Positions 37,181 to 51,397 are shown, counted from the first letter of the stretch. The stretch is 64,000 nt of DNA from Hypanus sabinus (GCF_030144855.1 NW_026781090.1:186001-250000); one strand, 5' to 3'. Program-made: numbers and translations. The notes: generated by a model from the sequence alone, not told the origin.

Positions 37181-40148
37181 GATTCTCTGTGTTTTTATCT
37201 TAAACACCGACTGAGGGACGATTCCTGTGAACTGCGGGCACCGTGACCCGCAATCCCGGGACAGTCCTGCCCTCTTCCCTCTCTCTCAGCCCCACGATCC
37301 GTACACGGGCCCCGGGGAGCTTCCGGCTGATGAGGGAATGGGAACCGATGGATCTCTCAGACAGAGCTGAGCTCCAGCTATCTAAATGCAAGGATTAGGA
37401 ACTCGGAGAAAGGGAACAAAATCTTTTACATCACCAGTTGAGAAAATCACCTTTGTTCTTTCCCCAATTACTAACAAGAGAACATCTGCAGATGCTGGAA
37501 ATCCAAGCAACACAAATTGCTGGATGAACTCAGCTTTAGTACAGTTTTCCATAGATGCTGTCTGGCCTGCTGAGTTCCTCCAGCATTTTGTGTGTGTTCT
37601 TGTTCTGGACTTTTCTACCGGTGAGAACATGTTTTGTCCCATTCTCTCTGGGTACATAATGATATCAAACACCTTTGCCCTGGGCAACAAGTAGCTTTCA
37701 GTTCACAAATGTGCCAGACTCCAATGAGACAGACTACTGCCCATCCCTTCATATTCATTGGCATTGCCATCACTGAGTTCACCACCGTCAGTCATTGGGG
37801 ACGGGTTCAGGGGAAATATTTATGTAGCATACAGAAACTGGTGTTATCTGTGTGCATTGTGTTGATGCTAAAGTTGCTGGAGAATTTGCAAGTGGGAAGA
37901 AATGGAGTGCTATTTGGAAACCTGACTTTTTAAAGCATAATTTAGCAAGCAAATCACATATGGACAGTGTGCAAAAGCTTTGGTGAGAAAATCCTTCATT
38001 ACCCGTTACAGGCCTGCTACATAGGTTGTGTGAGAGTGCAGATGAACGGGATCAAACCCAGAGGAGATCAAAGTTCCTATTGACAGTGATTTGCCAGCTG
38101 TGAAAATGAATACCTCTCTATATAAAATTCACTGTGCACATCTTGTCACTGGGTAAAAAATGCACAGTACAAGATTTATCTGCACACCGGTTATTACAAA
38201 TTAGAGGGGATATTGGAGGGAAGGAGGGGAGTCATCCAGTGTCCCTGATGCCCTCACCTACAAGATGTGCATCCAGCTGCAGCTTGTAACCCTGCACTTT
38301 AAGGAGTTGGAACTTGAAAGGGATGAATTCCAGATCATCCAGCAGTTGGAGGTGGTGATAGGTATGACATGAAGAGAGGTGAGTTACACCCAAGGTGCAG
38401 GGCACAGGAAACTGTGTGAGAGTCAGGAAGGGGATGAGGTTAAATAGCCATCGCAGAGTACTTTGTTGCTATCCCGCACAACAGCAGGTGGACCACTTCA
38501 GACACTGTTGGGGGCAATTACCTTACAGAGGAAAGTTGAAGGGTTGATAGGAGACTTGTTAGTTAGGGGAACAGACCAAGAGGCAACTAATATCCTGGTG
38601 ATAAGGCTTGCAAGAGGTAGCGTGGGGGGGGGGGGGGCGTGATGTGGTTTAAATAAGTTGTAGGAGGAATGGGAGCTAGATTGACAGAACATATAGTGGA
38701 GAGGGTGAATTGAATTGACTTTATTACAAATACCCTTCATATAGATGAGGAGTAGAAATATTTACATTACGTTACCATCTAAATGTGCAATGTGTAATTT
38801 AAATTAACATAATAATTAGTTTGTATATAGGCCAGTCAAGAAAACATAGAAATCAATTAATCAGTCTGATGGCCTGATAGAAGATGATGTCCAGGAGCCT
38901 GTTGGTCCTTTTGCTGTGGTACCGTTTCCTGGATGGGAGCAGCAGGAACAGTTTGTGGTTGTGGTGAATTTGGTCCCTGATATCCCTTGGGCCATTTTTA
39001 CACAAATCCATACCCTACCAACCAGGCTGCTATCTAAACTTTTTTTAAATGGTGAAACCGAGCTCATATTCACCACTTGTGCTGGCATCTCAATCCACAC
39101 TCTCACAACCATTTCAGTAAAGAGCTTTTCCACATGTTCCCATTACATTTTCACCTTCCCCACTTACCCATGACCTCTGATTGTCATCCCACCCAACCTC
39201 AGTGGAAAAAGCCGCTTGCATTTATTTACCCAAACTTCTCCTTCATCATTTTGTATGCATCTGACAAATCCTCAAAGCAATGTGTAATTTCCTTGTTTGT
39301 GTTTAGAGTCTTTTCTAGGTGTAGAGGATGATGAGGGGCATTGATCGTGTGCACAGCCAGAGGTTTGTTTTCCCAGGGCTGAAATGTGTGGAATGCACTG
39401 CCGGCTTTTTCGGTGAGAGTGTTTCAGTTACTGTGGGGCCAGGAACCCATGCAGCTCAGTGGGAACAGGGAATAATGCCAATGGAAAGAGTCAAACTAAG
39501 CCAGGTCACAGATTGGAGATGGCAGAAATGCCCCATTCTTATAGAGACAGGAAGAGCATCAGAGAGTTTGAGGGTCATTCCAGATGCCAGCACTGAGCCC
39601 AGTTAGAAGGTGATTTCACTCTCCAACTTGTGTTGAATCTCACTGTAACAGTGTGATGTCAATTCACAGCTTGACAACTCAGTGATCTCATCTGAAATGT
39701 TGTCCTGCACCCACTGATGGATTTTGTTCATCTTCTTACAGGTTACAAATCACAAGGAATTTCTCTACGGAAATCTAAAACACAACACACCAGTTTTGCT
39801 GTCTCTGTCCAGGTATTTAAGAAGTGGAGCAAGGGATTCACTCGATCATCATTCCCGCTCAGACTGCGGAGAGAGATTCACTCTATGATCTGACCAACTG
39901 CCACGGCTGTCATTTTGAACAGGTGATTCCCATTCATCTGCTCAGACAGTGGGAATGGATTCAGATGGACATTTCAACTGAAGGGACATCAATAAGTTCA
40001 CACTGGGACAAGGCCATCCACCTGCTCTGTGTGTGAGAAGGGATTCAATTGGTCTTCCCACCTGTTGACACACCAGTCAGTTCACACTGGGCAGAGGCTG
40101 GTCATCTGCTGAATTTGTGTGGAAGGTTTTACTCGGTCATCTGTCCAA

Positions 40149-41816
40149 ATGGTTCACCAGCAAGTCCACACTGAGGAGTGGCTGTTCACCTGCTCAGACT
40201 GTGGGAAGGGATTCACTAAGTCATCTAAACTGAAGCTACATCAGAGAGTTCACACTGGGGAGAGACCGTTTACCTGCTCGGACTGTGGAAAAGGATTCAC
40301 TGGCTCATACCAACTGAAAGTACATCAAAGAATTCACACTGGAGAGAGGCCGTTCACCTGCTCAGACTGTGGGAAGGGATTCACTTGCTCATCTAAACTG
40401 AAGGTACATCAGCGAGTTCACACTGGAGAGAGGCCATTCACCTGCTCAGACTGTGGGAAAGGATTCACTTGCTCATCTAAACTGAAGGTCCATCAGCAAG
40501 TTCACACTGGGGAGAAGCCATTCACCTGCTCAGACTGTGGGAAGGGATTCACTCTGTCATCTAAACTGAAGGTACATCAGCGAGTTCACACTGGAGAGAG
40601 GCCATTCACCTGCTCAGACTGTGGGAAGGGATTCACTCAGTCATCCCACCTACAAGCACACAAGTCAGTACACACTGGGGAGAGGCCGTTTACCTGCTCA
40701 TACTGTGGGGAGGGATTCACTTTCTCATGGCAGCTACTGAGACACCAGTCTGTTCACACTGGGGCGTGGCCATTCACCTGCTCAGTATGTGGGAAGGGAT
40801 TCACTCAGTCATCCACGCTAATGGCTCACCAGCGAGTTCACACTGGGGAGCGGCCGTTCACCTGCTCCGTCTGTGGGAAGGGATTCACTTGTTCAACTGA
40901 CCTGAAGGTACATCAGAGAGTTCACACTGGCGAACGGCCATTCAGATGCTCAGACTGTGGGAAGGGATTCACTCGGTCATCTCACCTAATGGTGCATCAG
41001 CGCGCTCACACAGGGGAGCGACCGTTCACCTGCTCAGACTGTGGGAAGAGATTTACTCATTCATCCCACCTATTGGCACACCAGCGAGTTCACACAGGGG
41101 AGCGGCCATTCACCTGTTCAGACTGTGGTAAGGGATTCACTCGGTCATCTCAACTGAAGGTGCATCAGCGAGTTCACACTGGAGAGAGGCCATACACCTG
41201 CTCAGACTGTGGGAAAAGATTCACTCAGTCATCTCAAGTGAAGGTACATCAGAGAGTTCACACTGAGGAACGACCGTTCACCTGCTTAGACTGTGGGAAG
41301 GGATTCACTCTGTCATCTAAACTGAAGGTACATCAGCAAGTTCACACTGGGGAGAAGCCATACACCTGCTCAGTCTGTGGGGAGGGATTCACTTTGTCAT
41401 CGCAGCTACTGAGACACCAGTCTGTTCACACTAGCGAGAAGCCATTCAACTGCTCAGTGTGTGGTAAGGGATTCACTCAGTCATCCACCCTAATGGCTCA
41501 CCAGAGAGTTCACACTGGGGAGCGGCCGTTCACCTGCTCGGACTGTAGGAAGGGATTCACTTGTTCAACTGACCTGAAGGTCCATCAGAGAGTTCACACT
41601 GGGGAACGGCGGTTCAGATGCTCAGACTGTGGAAAGGGATTCACTCGGTCATCACACCTAATGGTTCATCAGCGAATTCACACCGGGGAGAGGCCATTCA
41701 CCTGCTCAGAGTATGGGAAAGGATTCACTCAGTCACACCACCTACAAAAACACTGGTCAGTTCACACTGGGGAGAGGCCGTTCACAGACTCAAGCCTGAA
41801 TTATACCTCTGTGTAG
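40149..41816 (+). CDS. C2H2 zinc-finger protein, 555 aa from first ATG, 19 fingers (last has Cys>Tyr), no effector domain in the ORF
   Basis: Tandem CxxC...HxxxH repeats; the ORF-track start at 40119 is GTG, first ATG is 40149; acceptor TTCTTACAG ends at 39741; stop lies inside a transposon. Confidence 0.9.
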   Translation: MVHQQVHTEEWLFTCSDCGKGFTKSSKLKLHQRVHTGERPFTCSDCGKGFTGSYQLKVHQRIHTGERPFTCSDCGKGFTCSSKLKVHQRVHTGERPFTCSDCGKGFTCSSKLKVHQQVHTGEKPFTCSDCGKGFTLSSKLKVHQRVHTGERPFTCSDCGKGFTQSSHLQAHKSVHTGERPFTCSYCGEGFTFSWQLLRHQSVHTGAWPFTCSVCGKGFTQSSTLMAHQRVHTGERPFTCSVCGKGFTCSTDLKVHQRVHTGERPFRCSDCGKGFTRSSHLMVHQRAHTGERPFTCSDCGKRFTHSSHLLAHQRVHTGERPFTCSDCGKGFTRSSQLKVHQRVHTGERPYTCSDCGKRFTQSSQVKVHQRVHTEERPFTCLDCGKGFTLSSKLKVHQQVHTGEKPYTCSVCGEGFTLSSQLLRHQSVHTSEKPFNCSVCGKGFTQSSTLMAHQRVHTGERPFTCSDCRKGFTCSTDLKVHQRVHTGERRFRCSDCGKGFTRSSHLMVHQRIHTGERPFTCSEYGKGFTQSHHLQKHWSVHTGERPFTDSSLNYTSV

Positions 41817-42433
41817 ACGCTGCAGTGTATCATACACAGTAGCCCACACAAGTGGCCTATGCCATTGTGTGCATTTTTACTTGTGAGTTCGTGTGTCTGT
41901 GTTGCTCTGGCAAAATGCTAGTTGGCGTTGGGGTTCTATGCTACTGTGTTGAATTGACTTGTGGAGTTGGGAATGATGGTAACTGCTGAGTTCATCTTGT
42001 TGGATTTGGAGCTAATAGATGCTGAATAAGAGTTATTGAAATCACTGCAGCGCAGAAAAGAGAGAAGTTTTTTCCATTTCTTTGTGCAGTCCGTGACGTC
42101 CAAACTGATGTTTGTGGAAACTTCTTTGCACAAATTTCATACCATTTGCAAGTCTTTATAATATACCAATGAAGAGTCGTACAAATGTAAATATTTTCTG
42201 ACTTCCTGACTTAACCTCTCCTCGATTTGGTCCATTTTCCCAACTTTGAAGCAACAGGAAATCTCTAGGAGGAAATGTGCTGTTACCAAGCAGACCAATC
42301 ACAGTTCTCGCAGTCTGTGACACACAGTTACATTTTCGTAAGGTGTGCTTTAGGCTACGGCGTACGGTATGGCCTAGAGTGCCGTGTCGGGTACGCGGCT
42401 ACGTGGAGCGTACGGTGAAGCATAATTCAGGCT
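41793..42433 (-). mobile_element. Non-autonomous PIF/Harbinger-like transposon
   Basis: TIRs AGCCTGAATTAT / ATAATTCAGGCT; 3-bp TSD TCA; minus-strand MADF/Myb-like remnant MDQIEERLSQEVRKYLHLYDSS..YYKD...CTKKWKKL from 42235. Confidence 0.85.
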
Positions 42434-42641
42434 TCAGTGTGTGGGAAGTGATTCACTCCGACATCTCAACTGCAGAGACACCAGTGAGTTCACACTGGGG
42501 AGAGGCCGATCTCATGCTCAGACGTTGGGAAGATATTCCCTCAGCAAAATCAACTTAATGTGCATCATTGAGTTCACACTGGGGAGAGACCGTTCACCTG
42601 CTGTGTATTTCAGAAGCGATTCACTCAGTAATCTAACCCTG

Positions 42642-43090
42642 TGCAACTCTTACTTCGGCTAGCAGCTAAATATAGGGGGTGATATCCCCCAGCCCGGCCA
42701 AACTTAAGAAATCTTGTTTGGGTGGATGCTGTGTGACGTATCCCCTGTTACAAATCAGTACCCCCGCAGTAACAAACGATACACAATATGTGATTAAACG
42801 ACTGAGATGTACAATTCTTACTTTGACTAGATGGTTAGTGAAGTAATGAAAAAGAAAGAAAAAGAGCCCACTCTCTCTTCTTCTCATCTCTCCCCAGCAA
42901 AAGGCCATGAAAATCTCTCTACCAGACTCACAAGAAAGAACATTTCTGTCATTGGATAGCCCCACACTCCAAAACCCTGTTATCGCTAGTCGTACCCTAA
43001 ACATTGCTGCTGCAGGGAAGCCATTAACTCAGCAGGGAAACATTGCAGAGAGTCCACTGCATCAGCAGTGAAACCTTACAGTGCATTACA
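42642..43090. mobile_element. Probable solo LTR within decayed fingers
   Basis: TGCAAC...ATTACA termini, imperfect TSD CCTG/CTTG; removal rejoins finger-like sequence. Confidence 0.55.
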
Positions 43091-43193
43091 CTTGTGACAC
43101 ACTACCGGGTTCACACTGGGGAGAAAGTTTCAATGAGTTGCATGCTGCATATTTGTCCATCACCGTTGCTGAATGCAATTTTGAGAGTGGTTG

Positions 43194-44167
43194 TGTTAAG
43201 TACCCTGTAACTGGGTGTCTGACCAGCAAAGATAGAAGAATCCGTTGGAGTCTGGGGGTACTATTTTCAAACATTGTTTATTAGTAAAATATACAAATCA
43301 ATATCAATAATGCAAATATATAGATAATACACGTTAGCAATACTAAACCTAAAAGTGTGGGTATAATAATAATCAATAATAAACAAGCTCTATCGATGTC
43401 TAGGGGATAATGAATTGTCATATGTGAATATAAAGTTCAGTTCAGTTCATACGTGCTGAGGTAGTTGTTGGTTCTTGTGTTTTAATCGTTGGAGAGAGAA
43501 AGAGAGAGCGAGCGAACAGTGACAGCTACAGTCAGTCAAACCTTCCATTATGTTCTCGATCCGTCAATGTGTTGTGGCCATTCAGGTATGACCCCTCTGT
43601 CCGACCATTCTTCTGTGGTGGACTCATCACCCAGGCAAGGGTGGACACACACACAAGCCCCCACCGGCCCTGTGAGTTAAACTGACCGATTCTTTGTTCG
43701 GTCCCCGATGCCCCACACCTTCTTGTGGGTTCCAACACTCAAGCAGTGCTCACTAGTGTGTCTCCTGGTGTGTCTGAGGGGTATCTCCCCAGACCTCAAT
43801 TTTATCCCTACTCACGGGGTCTCAGGTGTCAATCAGTTTTGAATGGCTTAGTCCATCAAACCAGCCCACTCCAGCTGTTCACTGAAGAATTTTAATGAAC
43901 AGAATAGTACCAAGTAAACAGCCCTCTCCGGAGCCATAAGTCTTGCAGGAGTCATAATATGGTGGAACAACAAGTCTCTCACTCCCGGTGTTGTCTCTCC
44001 CTTATCTGAAGCAAATGTTCCAGTCCCAGTATGTTTTCCCTTTGTCTCCCTTTCTCTCTCATTAGCAGCGTGGTAACAATAACAGTTTGTGATTTTCCCC
44101 GGCAGGTGGGGGGACATGGGCAACTCTGCACCCTTCTGCCCATCAGAGCTGTTCATCCTTCGTAGCA
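43194..44167 (-). mobile_element. Gypsy solo LTR (second family)
   Basis: TGTTAAG...CGTAGCA termini, TSD GTTG; related to 55757-56640 and 62540-63458. Confidence 0.85.
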
Positions 44168-44294
44168 GTTGTCGGTGCTGAACTCTGCAATTATTGCTGC
44201 TGCTCACCACACCCAGGTCTGCACCCTGGTCACTGGGCATGGGAGGAGTTTCATCTGCTGCATATTCATCTTTAATGGGACTAGATCTGTGACA

Positions 44295-44300
44295 AATAAA
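44295..44300 (+). terminator. Candidate polyadenylation signal of the second ZNF gene
   Basis: AATAAA at the end of a block homologous to ~12960-13110 and ~35660-35810, where it reads GATAAA. Confidence 0.45.
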
Positions 44301-45306
44301 TCAGTTGTATTTTAAACACTGTCTCCGGTACTTAGTGAATTTATAACACACCTAGTGTACAGTAGAGAGTCAACTCAGGCCGGCTGAACCCTGCCAGTGA
44401 TTCTGTTCCACAACAGATCTTTCAAATCCTCCCCTGTTGTCCACCTCTGTGGTGATGGGTTCCAAATTGTCATCACTCTGGGTGAAGAAGTTTCCCTTGA
44501 ATTTCCTGCAGACTGAAGAAGTCGAGCTGACTGTAGTTCTGTCTGAGATTTTCTTTGCCTCTCAAATCTCTGGCTGTGGAAGAATGACTTTGGGAGTTAA
44601 CGTCCTTATTCAGGGCTCATTTGTCACCATCTCGTCTGCTCAGATCGTTAGGATGTCTCCCATGGAGGGTCATACTCATTCCACTGGTTAATGTTTTCTT
44701 CCAGAGTGATGATGTATTTTTCTGAGTTGGCCTCTCATGTACGTGTTCTGGTCTGTATCTCTTATCACGATTGCATATACGCACATGGAGTGCTGAATCC
44801 AGTTCATTTTTGATGAAAATACATATAACTAGAAGTTTAATCTGACTGTTGTGTGATTTCGTTTTATTTCATGTGTGTTATTTCTCTTCCTCCTCCTGTC
44901 CAAGGTAGTGTTAATCTAAGTGGGTTTGAGTGTAAATGGTCTTTTCTAAAGCTTTCTTAAGTTCTTGTTTATCATTCTAAATTTTACTGATTGAAATGGG
45001 ACCAAGATATTTTTAATTAAAAAAATTCCATGTCGGTATTGATGAAAGTGTTTATTGCCTGTATTGTATTTGTTAATTATTGAGCTCTATTTGGTAGTTT
45101 TTTTTAAAGCCTTGGACCAAATTGATACGAGGGTATCAAGAGTCCCGGTGAAGGGTCTTGGCCTGAAATCCTGTTCATATTTGACGAAAATATATACGAG
45201 AGGTGATTGATATATTCGTGGCCTCGGGTGGAAGGGGGCAATTTTGGAAAACTGGCACATTTATTTTTCAACGTGGTCCAGTCCTACATTTACACACTTA
45301 GTCCAG

Positions 45307-45615
45307 CAGTGGCTTGCAAAGGTTTGGGCACCCCTGGTCAAAATTTCTGTTACTGTGAATAGCTCAGCGAGTAAAAGATGACCTGATTTCCGAAAGGCAT
45401 AAAGTCAAAGGTGACACATTTCTTTAATATTTTAAACAAGATTACATTTTAATTTCCATCTTTTACAGTTTCAAAATAACAAAAAAGGAAAAGGGCCCAA
45501 AGCAAAAGTTTGGGCACCCTGCATGGTCGGTACTTAGTAACACCCACTTTGGCAAGTATCACAGCTGGTAAATTCTTTCTGTAGCCAGCCAAGAGACATA
45601 CAATTGTTGTTTGGG
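45307..45615 (+). mobile_element. Tc1-like terminal fragment
   Basis: CAGTGGCTTGCAAAGGTTTGGGCACCCC with internal direct repeat AAAGTTTGGGCACCC at ~45505. Confidence 0.7.
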
Positions 45616-47900
45616 TAAATGTTTGGGTTCAGTCATGAACAGCAAAGTACTGATGTGGAAATTACAAATTAGAATATTATTAGAGTCAAAGAGAGCAGCA
45701 GCAATGTAACAGGCCCTTCGGCCCTTCCAGCCAATGCCGACCTGTTTTTGTTGTTACTGCCTAGTTCCAGCTACCTGCACCAGAGCCTCCATACACCTCC
45801 CACCCACGTCCTCACCCAAATTCCTCTTTAGTGTCTAAATCAGACCCACATCCTCCACTTCCACTGGCAACTCTTTCCACACTCTCACCAACCTCTGTGA
45901 AGAATTCCCCTTCAGATTCCCCGAAATAATTCACTTTCACCCTGAATGTATGTCCAATGTCAGGGTGAGAGGGAGGACGGTAAGGGGAGGAGGTGGTCGT
46001 GTGCGCAGAGGGTAACAGAGCGGAGAGTTTATACTTAATCTCTTTAAGAAAAACTAATTGTTTGAACATGCTGCAAATCTACTCTCCATATCCTGTGTAT
46101 TCTTAACCAAATTATTGATCTAGATGACAAGTAGCAATGGTTGATGTTCAAAGAATTCAACAAACTGTGCAAATGCAAATATATTTAAATATCAATGAAT
46201 AATCAGAGCAATGGGGTGTAACCCTGTGGAACCTCAGTAGGCACGGGGTTCGAGTCCAATAAACAGCCTCCCACTATCACTCTCTGCTTCCTACCATCAA
46301 GACAACTGTGCATCCAGTGAGCCAGCTCTCCCTGGATCCCGTGTGATCTGACTTTCCACAGGAACTTACCATGTGAACCTTATCAAAGGCCTCACTGATG
46401 CCCATATCAGCCACGATCCTGGGACAGAGGTGTCACCGATCAGAGGGCATAGATTTAAGCAGAGGATGAAGAGGTTTAGAGGGATCTGAGGAAGAGATTT
46501 CTCACTCAGAGGGCAGCTGAAATCTGGAACTCACTGCCCGAGGTGGTGGTGAAGGCAGGTCCCTTCACAACATTTACGAACAGGATGAGCATTGAAACTG
46601 CCGAGATACAGTCGGCTGTGAACCAAGTGCTGATAAATGGGACCAGTGTAGACAGTGAGTGGATGGTCAGAACAGGTATGGCCGGCCAAAGGCCTGTTTC
46701 CGTGCTGTGTGACCCGCCACTCCGGACATGGTAAATTAACGATGGTGGCACCTCAAGGCATTGATTTCAAAACTCCACACCCCTCTCCAACCTGAATTAA
46801 ACCAGACTGCACCCCTTTGTCACCACTGCGAGTCTATGTTTATGTCAACGTGACAGAGATTGGTCACATCTGCTAAACAACTGGCAATTGATGAAGTTCC
46901 TGTGTCTTCCATTAATATTACTTCCTTACAGCAAAACTAACCCTCTCACTGTGTCAGAATCAGTGATTAAATCAGCCCCAAACACTATGCTTTCATCCCT
47001 GCACGTTATAACTGGAACCATCTCAGTGAGGGTCTGATGGACACATGGGATCACATCTCTCCTGCTTCTGACATTTCAAATACCCTCAGAATGGTTTTCT
47101 GATTCAGTCTGAAAGTTATGGTACATTCAGCTCATCGTCAGACCTGACAAACCATGTCTTCCCACAGCTGGTTCCACCTGTTTGTGTGTCCTCTTTCCTC
47201 CACCTCCAGGGAAGCGGCATCACCAAACAAATCCCTCATTTGAGACGACTGTCTATACCCATGACACAGGATATCACATCACTGTCACTGTCTTGATAAC
47301 GTGTCTGACCTGCTCACCTCCGGGTATCCTCCCTCACCAAGCTCCTTCCTCAGTCACCGTCTGTGAGATTATATAAAAATACAATTACTGTAAAACGATC
47401 TATCAGACAGCTCCTGTACCCCTCCATCCCGGATGATGATTTGCGGATTAATACTCTCTCTCCTCACCCCTTCTCTATTCTCTTTCCCCTTGCAAGCTCC
47501 AGATATGCCAGCTGATCCGAATCCACTGTGAGGACATTTATATCTCACAAGAGGATGTAGAAACCCGTGTTGCTCTCTGATACAGAGGTCACTGACACCC
47601 CACCGCCATCCCAATCTGAACCAACAGCCCATGACGGTGACAGCTCTGCCAGACTCTGGGGCATTGTAACAAACACAATGTTAGCAGCAAGATTAGACAA
47701 CAATTCATTTGAAGAGAGAATGGCTGCTTCCTGAAAGTACACGCGAGCGTCCGACACAACGGAGCAGTTCCTCCCCTGTTTACAACTTTATTTGACCCGG
47801 TCACGGAAATTCCGATCATCCCACTTTCTTACAACAGCAACTCCTCCGAATACGGTCCCCCAGAACGTCACTCCTCTCACCCCACACCCACAGTCCACTC

Positions 47901-48634
47901 ATAACCTCTACCCACACACACACAGACAGATAGACTTCACCCTAAACCCCTCCTCGCCTGGGAACCACAACTAACTGATCCCACAGCCCGGGCTCGGGCG
48001 CAAAGCTGAAAACTGGGCTGCAGGACCGGAGAGTCCAGAGCCTCCAGCCGTCCGGCAGATCTCGTTCCCAGCGCTTTTCATAGAAACATGGAAAACCTAT
48101 AGTACGATACAGGCCTTTCGGCCCAAAAAGTTGTGCTTCCACGGCAGCCGGCCCCTGATTTCCACAAACCCAAGATCAGTACGTTTTTCACGGACGCCTG
48201 AACAGAATAACGGCCGGCGACAGCTACGGTCGGCACTGCGCCTGCGTTTAGTACGAGTTTCTGGGCTGCACCGGCCGTGGCCGGAGGTCCCTACAGAGGG
48301 ACCAGTGGACGGAGGCGGGAGGGACAACGGAGAAGTAACTCACAAACAAATGATGCTGGAAATTCAGAGCAATACAAACAAAATGCTGGAGGAACTCAGC
48401 AGGCCGGGCAGCATCTATCGGAAAGAATCAACAGTCGACGTTTCCAGTTGAACCCTCCTTCCGGACTGAAGGAGCTCTGCCGGACGGCTGGAGGCTCCGG
48501 AATCTCTGGTCCTGCAGCCCAGTTTTCAGCTTTGCGCCCGAGGCCGGGCTGTGGGATCAGTTAGTTGTGGTTCCCAGGCGAGGAGGGGTTTAGGGTGAAG
48601 GGTATCTGTCTCTATCTGTGTGGGTAGAGGTTAT
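47901..48634. repeat. 163-bp inverted repeat (47901-48063 and 48472-48634)
   Basis: Arms are reverse complements with about 10 mismatches by eye. Confidence 0.92.
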
Positions 48635-51397
48635 CCAACGTTATCAGGCCTGGGAATTGAGTGTACCAGGGTATACGTGCTATCGTAGAGACAGAAATAT
48701 GGGAAGAGGGGGTGGGGTGGCCCTGTTGGTGAGGAATGAGATTCAGTCCTTAGCAAGAGGTGACTTGGGAACAGGGGAAGTAGAGTCTGTGTGGATTGAG
48801 CTGAGGAACAGTAAGGGTAAAAAGACCCCAATGGGTGTTGTGTACAGGCCCCCAAACAGTAGCGTGGTTATTGGGTACGTTGATTAGGGAGTTAACATTG
48901 CTAAAGGTAATGCAGTCGTTATGGGAGATTTCAACATGCAGGTGAACTGGGAGAATCAGGTAGGTGCTGGACCCCAGGATAGGGTGTTTGTGGAGTGTCT
49001 AAGGGATGTATTTTTGGAACAGCTTGTGCTTGAGCCAACCAGGAACTCTGGACTTGAATTTTGGACTTGGTGATGTGTAATGAACAGGAATTGATAAGAG
49101 ATCTTGAAGTTAAGGAGCCATTAGGAAGTAGTGATCATAACATGATAAGTTTTTGTCTACAATTTGAGAGAGATAAGGGCTGATCAGTGGTGTCAGTGTT
49201 GCAATTAAATAAAGGAGACGACGGAGCCATGAGGGAAGAGCTGGCCAAAGTTAAATGGGCGGATGTCCTGGCAGGAAAGACAGTGGATCAGCAGTGGCAG
49301 ATATTCTTGGGGATAATACAAAAGATGCAAAAGCAGTTCATTCCAATGAGAAGGAAGGATTCAAAGAGGGGGAAGGGGCCACAGTGGTTGACAAAGGAAT
49401 TCAGAGATTGTATAGCATTAAAGAAAAAGAAGTATGACAGGGCTAAGATAAGTGGGAATACAGATGATTGGGAAAGTTTTAAGGAACTGCGGATCTTAAC
49501 TAAAAAAGCATTACGGAGAGAAAAAATCAGGTATGAGCTCAGTCTAGCCAGGAATATAAAAGGGGATAGCAAAAGCTTTTTTAGCTATGTGAAGAGAACG
49601 AAGATAGTTAAGAAAAATGTTGGCCCCTTGAAGAATGAATTGGGGGAAATTGTTATGGGAAACAGGGAAATGGCAACAGAATTTAACGCGTACTTTAGAT
49701 CTGTCTTCACCAGGGAGGACACAAGCAATCTCCCAGATGTGTGGATGGGCCAGGGTCATAAGGTATCAGAGGAATTGAGACAGATTGGCATTAGGAAAGA
49801 AACTGTGATGAGTAGACTGGTAGGACTGAAGGCTAATAAATACTCGGGTCCAGATGGTCTGAAGGTAGCTCAGGAAATTGCGGATGCATTGGTAATCATT
49901 TTCCAATGTTCCTTAGATTCAGGATCAGTTCCTGAAGATTGGAGAGTGGCTAATGTTATCCCACTTTTCAAGAAGGGAGGGAAGGAGAAAACGGAGAACT
50001 CTCGCCCTGTTAGCCTAACGTCAGTCGTGGGGAAGATGCTTGAGTCCATTATTAAGGACGAAATAGTGGCACATCTTGATGGCAGAAATAGGATTAGGCC
50101 GAGCCAGCATGGATTTACCAAGGGCAAATCATGCTTGACTAATCTGTTGGAGTTTTTTGAGGCTGTAACAAGGATGTTAGACGAGGGTAAGCCAGTGGAT
50201 GTTGTGTACCTAGATTTTCAGAAGGCATTCGATAAGGTGCCACATAGGAGATTGGTGAGTAAAATCAGAGCTCATGGCATTGGGGGCAGGGTTTCAACAT
50301 GGATAGAAAACTGGTTAGCAGATAGAAAGCAAAGGGTAGCAGTGAATGGGTGTTTCTCGGACTGGCTGGAGGTGACTAGTGGGGTACCACAGGGCTCTGT
50401 ATTGGGACCACAGCTCTTTACGATTTATGTCAATGATTTAGATGAGGGCATTGAAAACTATATCAGCAAGTTTGCTGACGATACTAAACTGGGTGGCAGT
50501 GTAACATGCGAAGAGGACGTTAGGAGAATACAGGGAGACTTGGATAGGCTGGGTGAGTGGGCAGATACTTGGCAGATGTCATTCAATGTGAATAAATGTG
50601 AAGTTATCCACTTTGGAAGCAGGAACAAGAGGGCAGAGTATTGTCTGAACGGTGTAGAGTTCGGTAAGGGAGAAATGCAAAGAGACTTAGGAGTCCTAGT
50701 TCATCAGTCAATGAAGGTGAATGAGCAAGTGCAACAGGCAGTGAAGAGGGCAAAAGGAATGTTGGCCTTTGTTACAAGGGGAATTGAATACAAGAGCAAG
50801 GATGTCCTTTTGCATTTGTACAGGGCCCTGGTGAGACCACACCTGGAATATTGTGTACAGTTTTGGTCTCCAGGTTTAAGGAAGGACATTCTGGCAATTG
50901 AGGAAGTGCAGCGTAGATTCACTAGGTTGATTCCTGGGATGGCAGGGCTGTCTTACGCAGAGAGTTTGGAGAGATTGGGCTTGTACACGCTGGAATTGAG
51001 GAGATTGAGAGGGGATCTGATTGAAACGTTTAAGATAATTAAAGGATTTGATAGGATTGAGGCAGGAAATATGTTCCAGATGTTGGGAGAGTCCAGTACC
51101 AGAGGGCATGGATTGAGAATAAGAGGTCAGTTATTTAAAAGAGTTGAGGAAGAGCTTCTTCTCCCAGAGAGTTGTGGAGGTGTGCAATGCACTGCCTCGG
51201 AAGACGGTGGAGGCCAGTGCTTTGGATGCTTTCAAGAAGGAGCGAGATAGATATCTGATGGATAGGGGAATCAAGGGATATGGGGTCAAGGCAGGGACTG
51301 GGTATTGATAGTGAATGATCAGCCATGATCTCAGAATGGCGGTGCAGACTCGAGGGGCCGAATGGTCTACTTCTGCACCTATTGTCTATTGTCTATT
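48635..51397 (+). mobile_element. CR1 LINE, 5'-truncated in the endonuclease, with long open RT frame (49187-51250)
   Basis: GGGVALLV...GVVYRPP endonuclease motifs; QHGF, YLDFQKAFDKVPH, GVPQGSVLGP, FADD; (CTATTGT)n tail; upstream frameshifts and stops. Confidence 0.95.

Noticed and set aside
49187-51250. 687-aa ORF as a host gene or active LINE
   Set aside because: CR1 ORF2 fragment with non-ATG start, disrupted endonuclease and a C-terminal frameshift.
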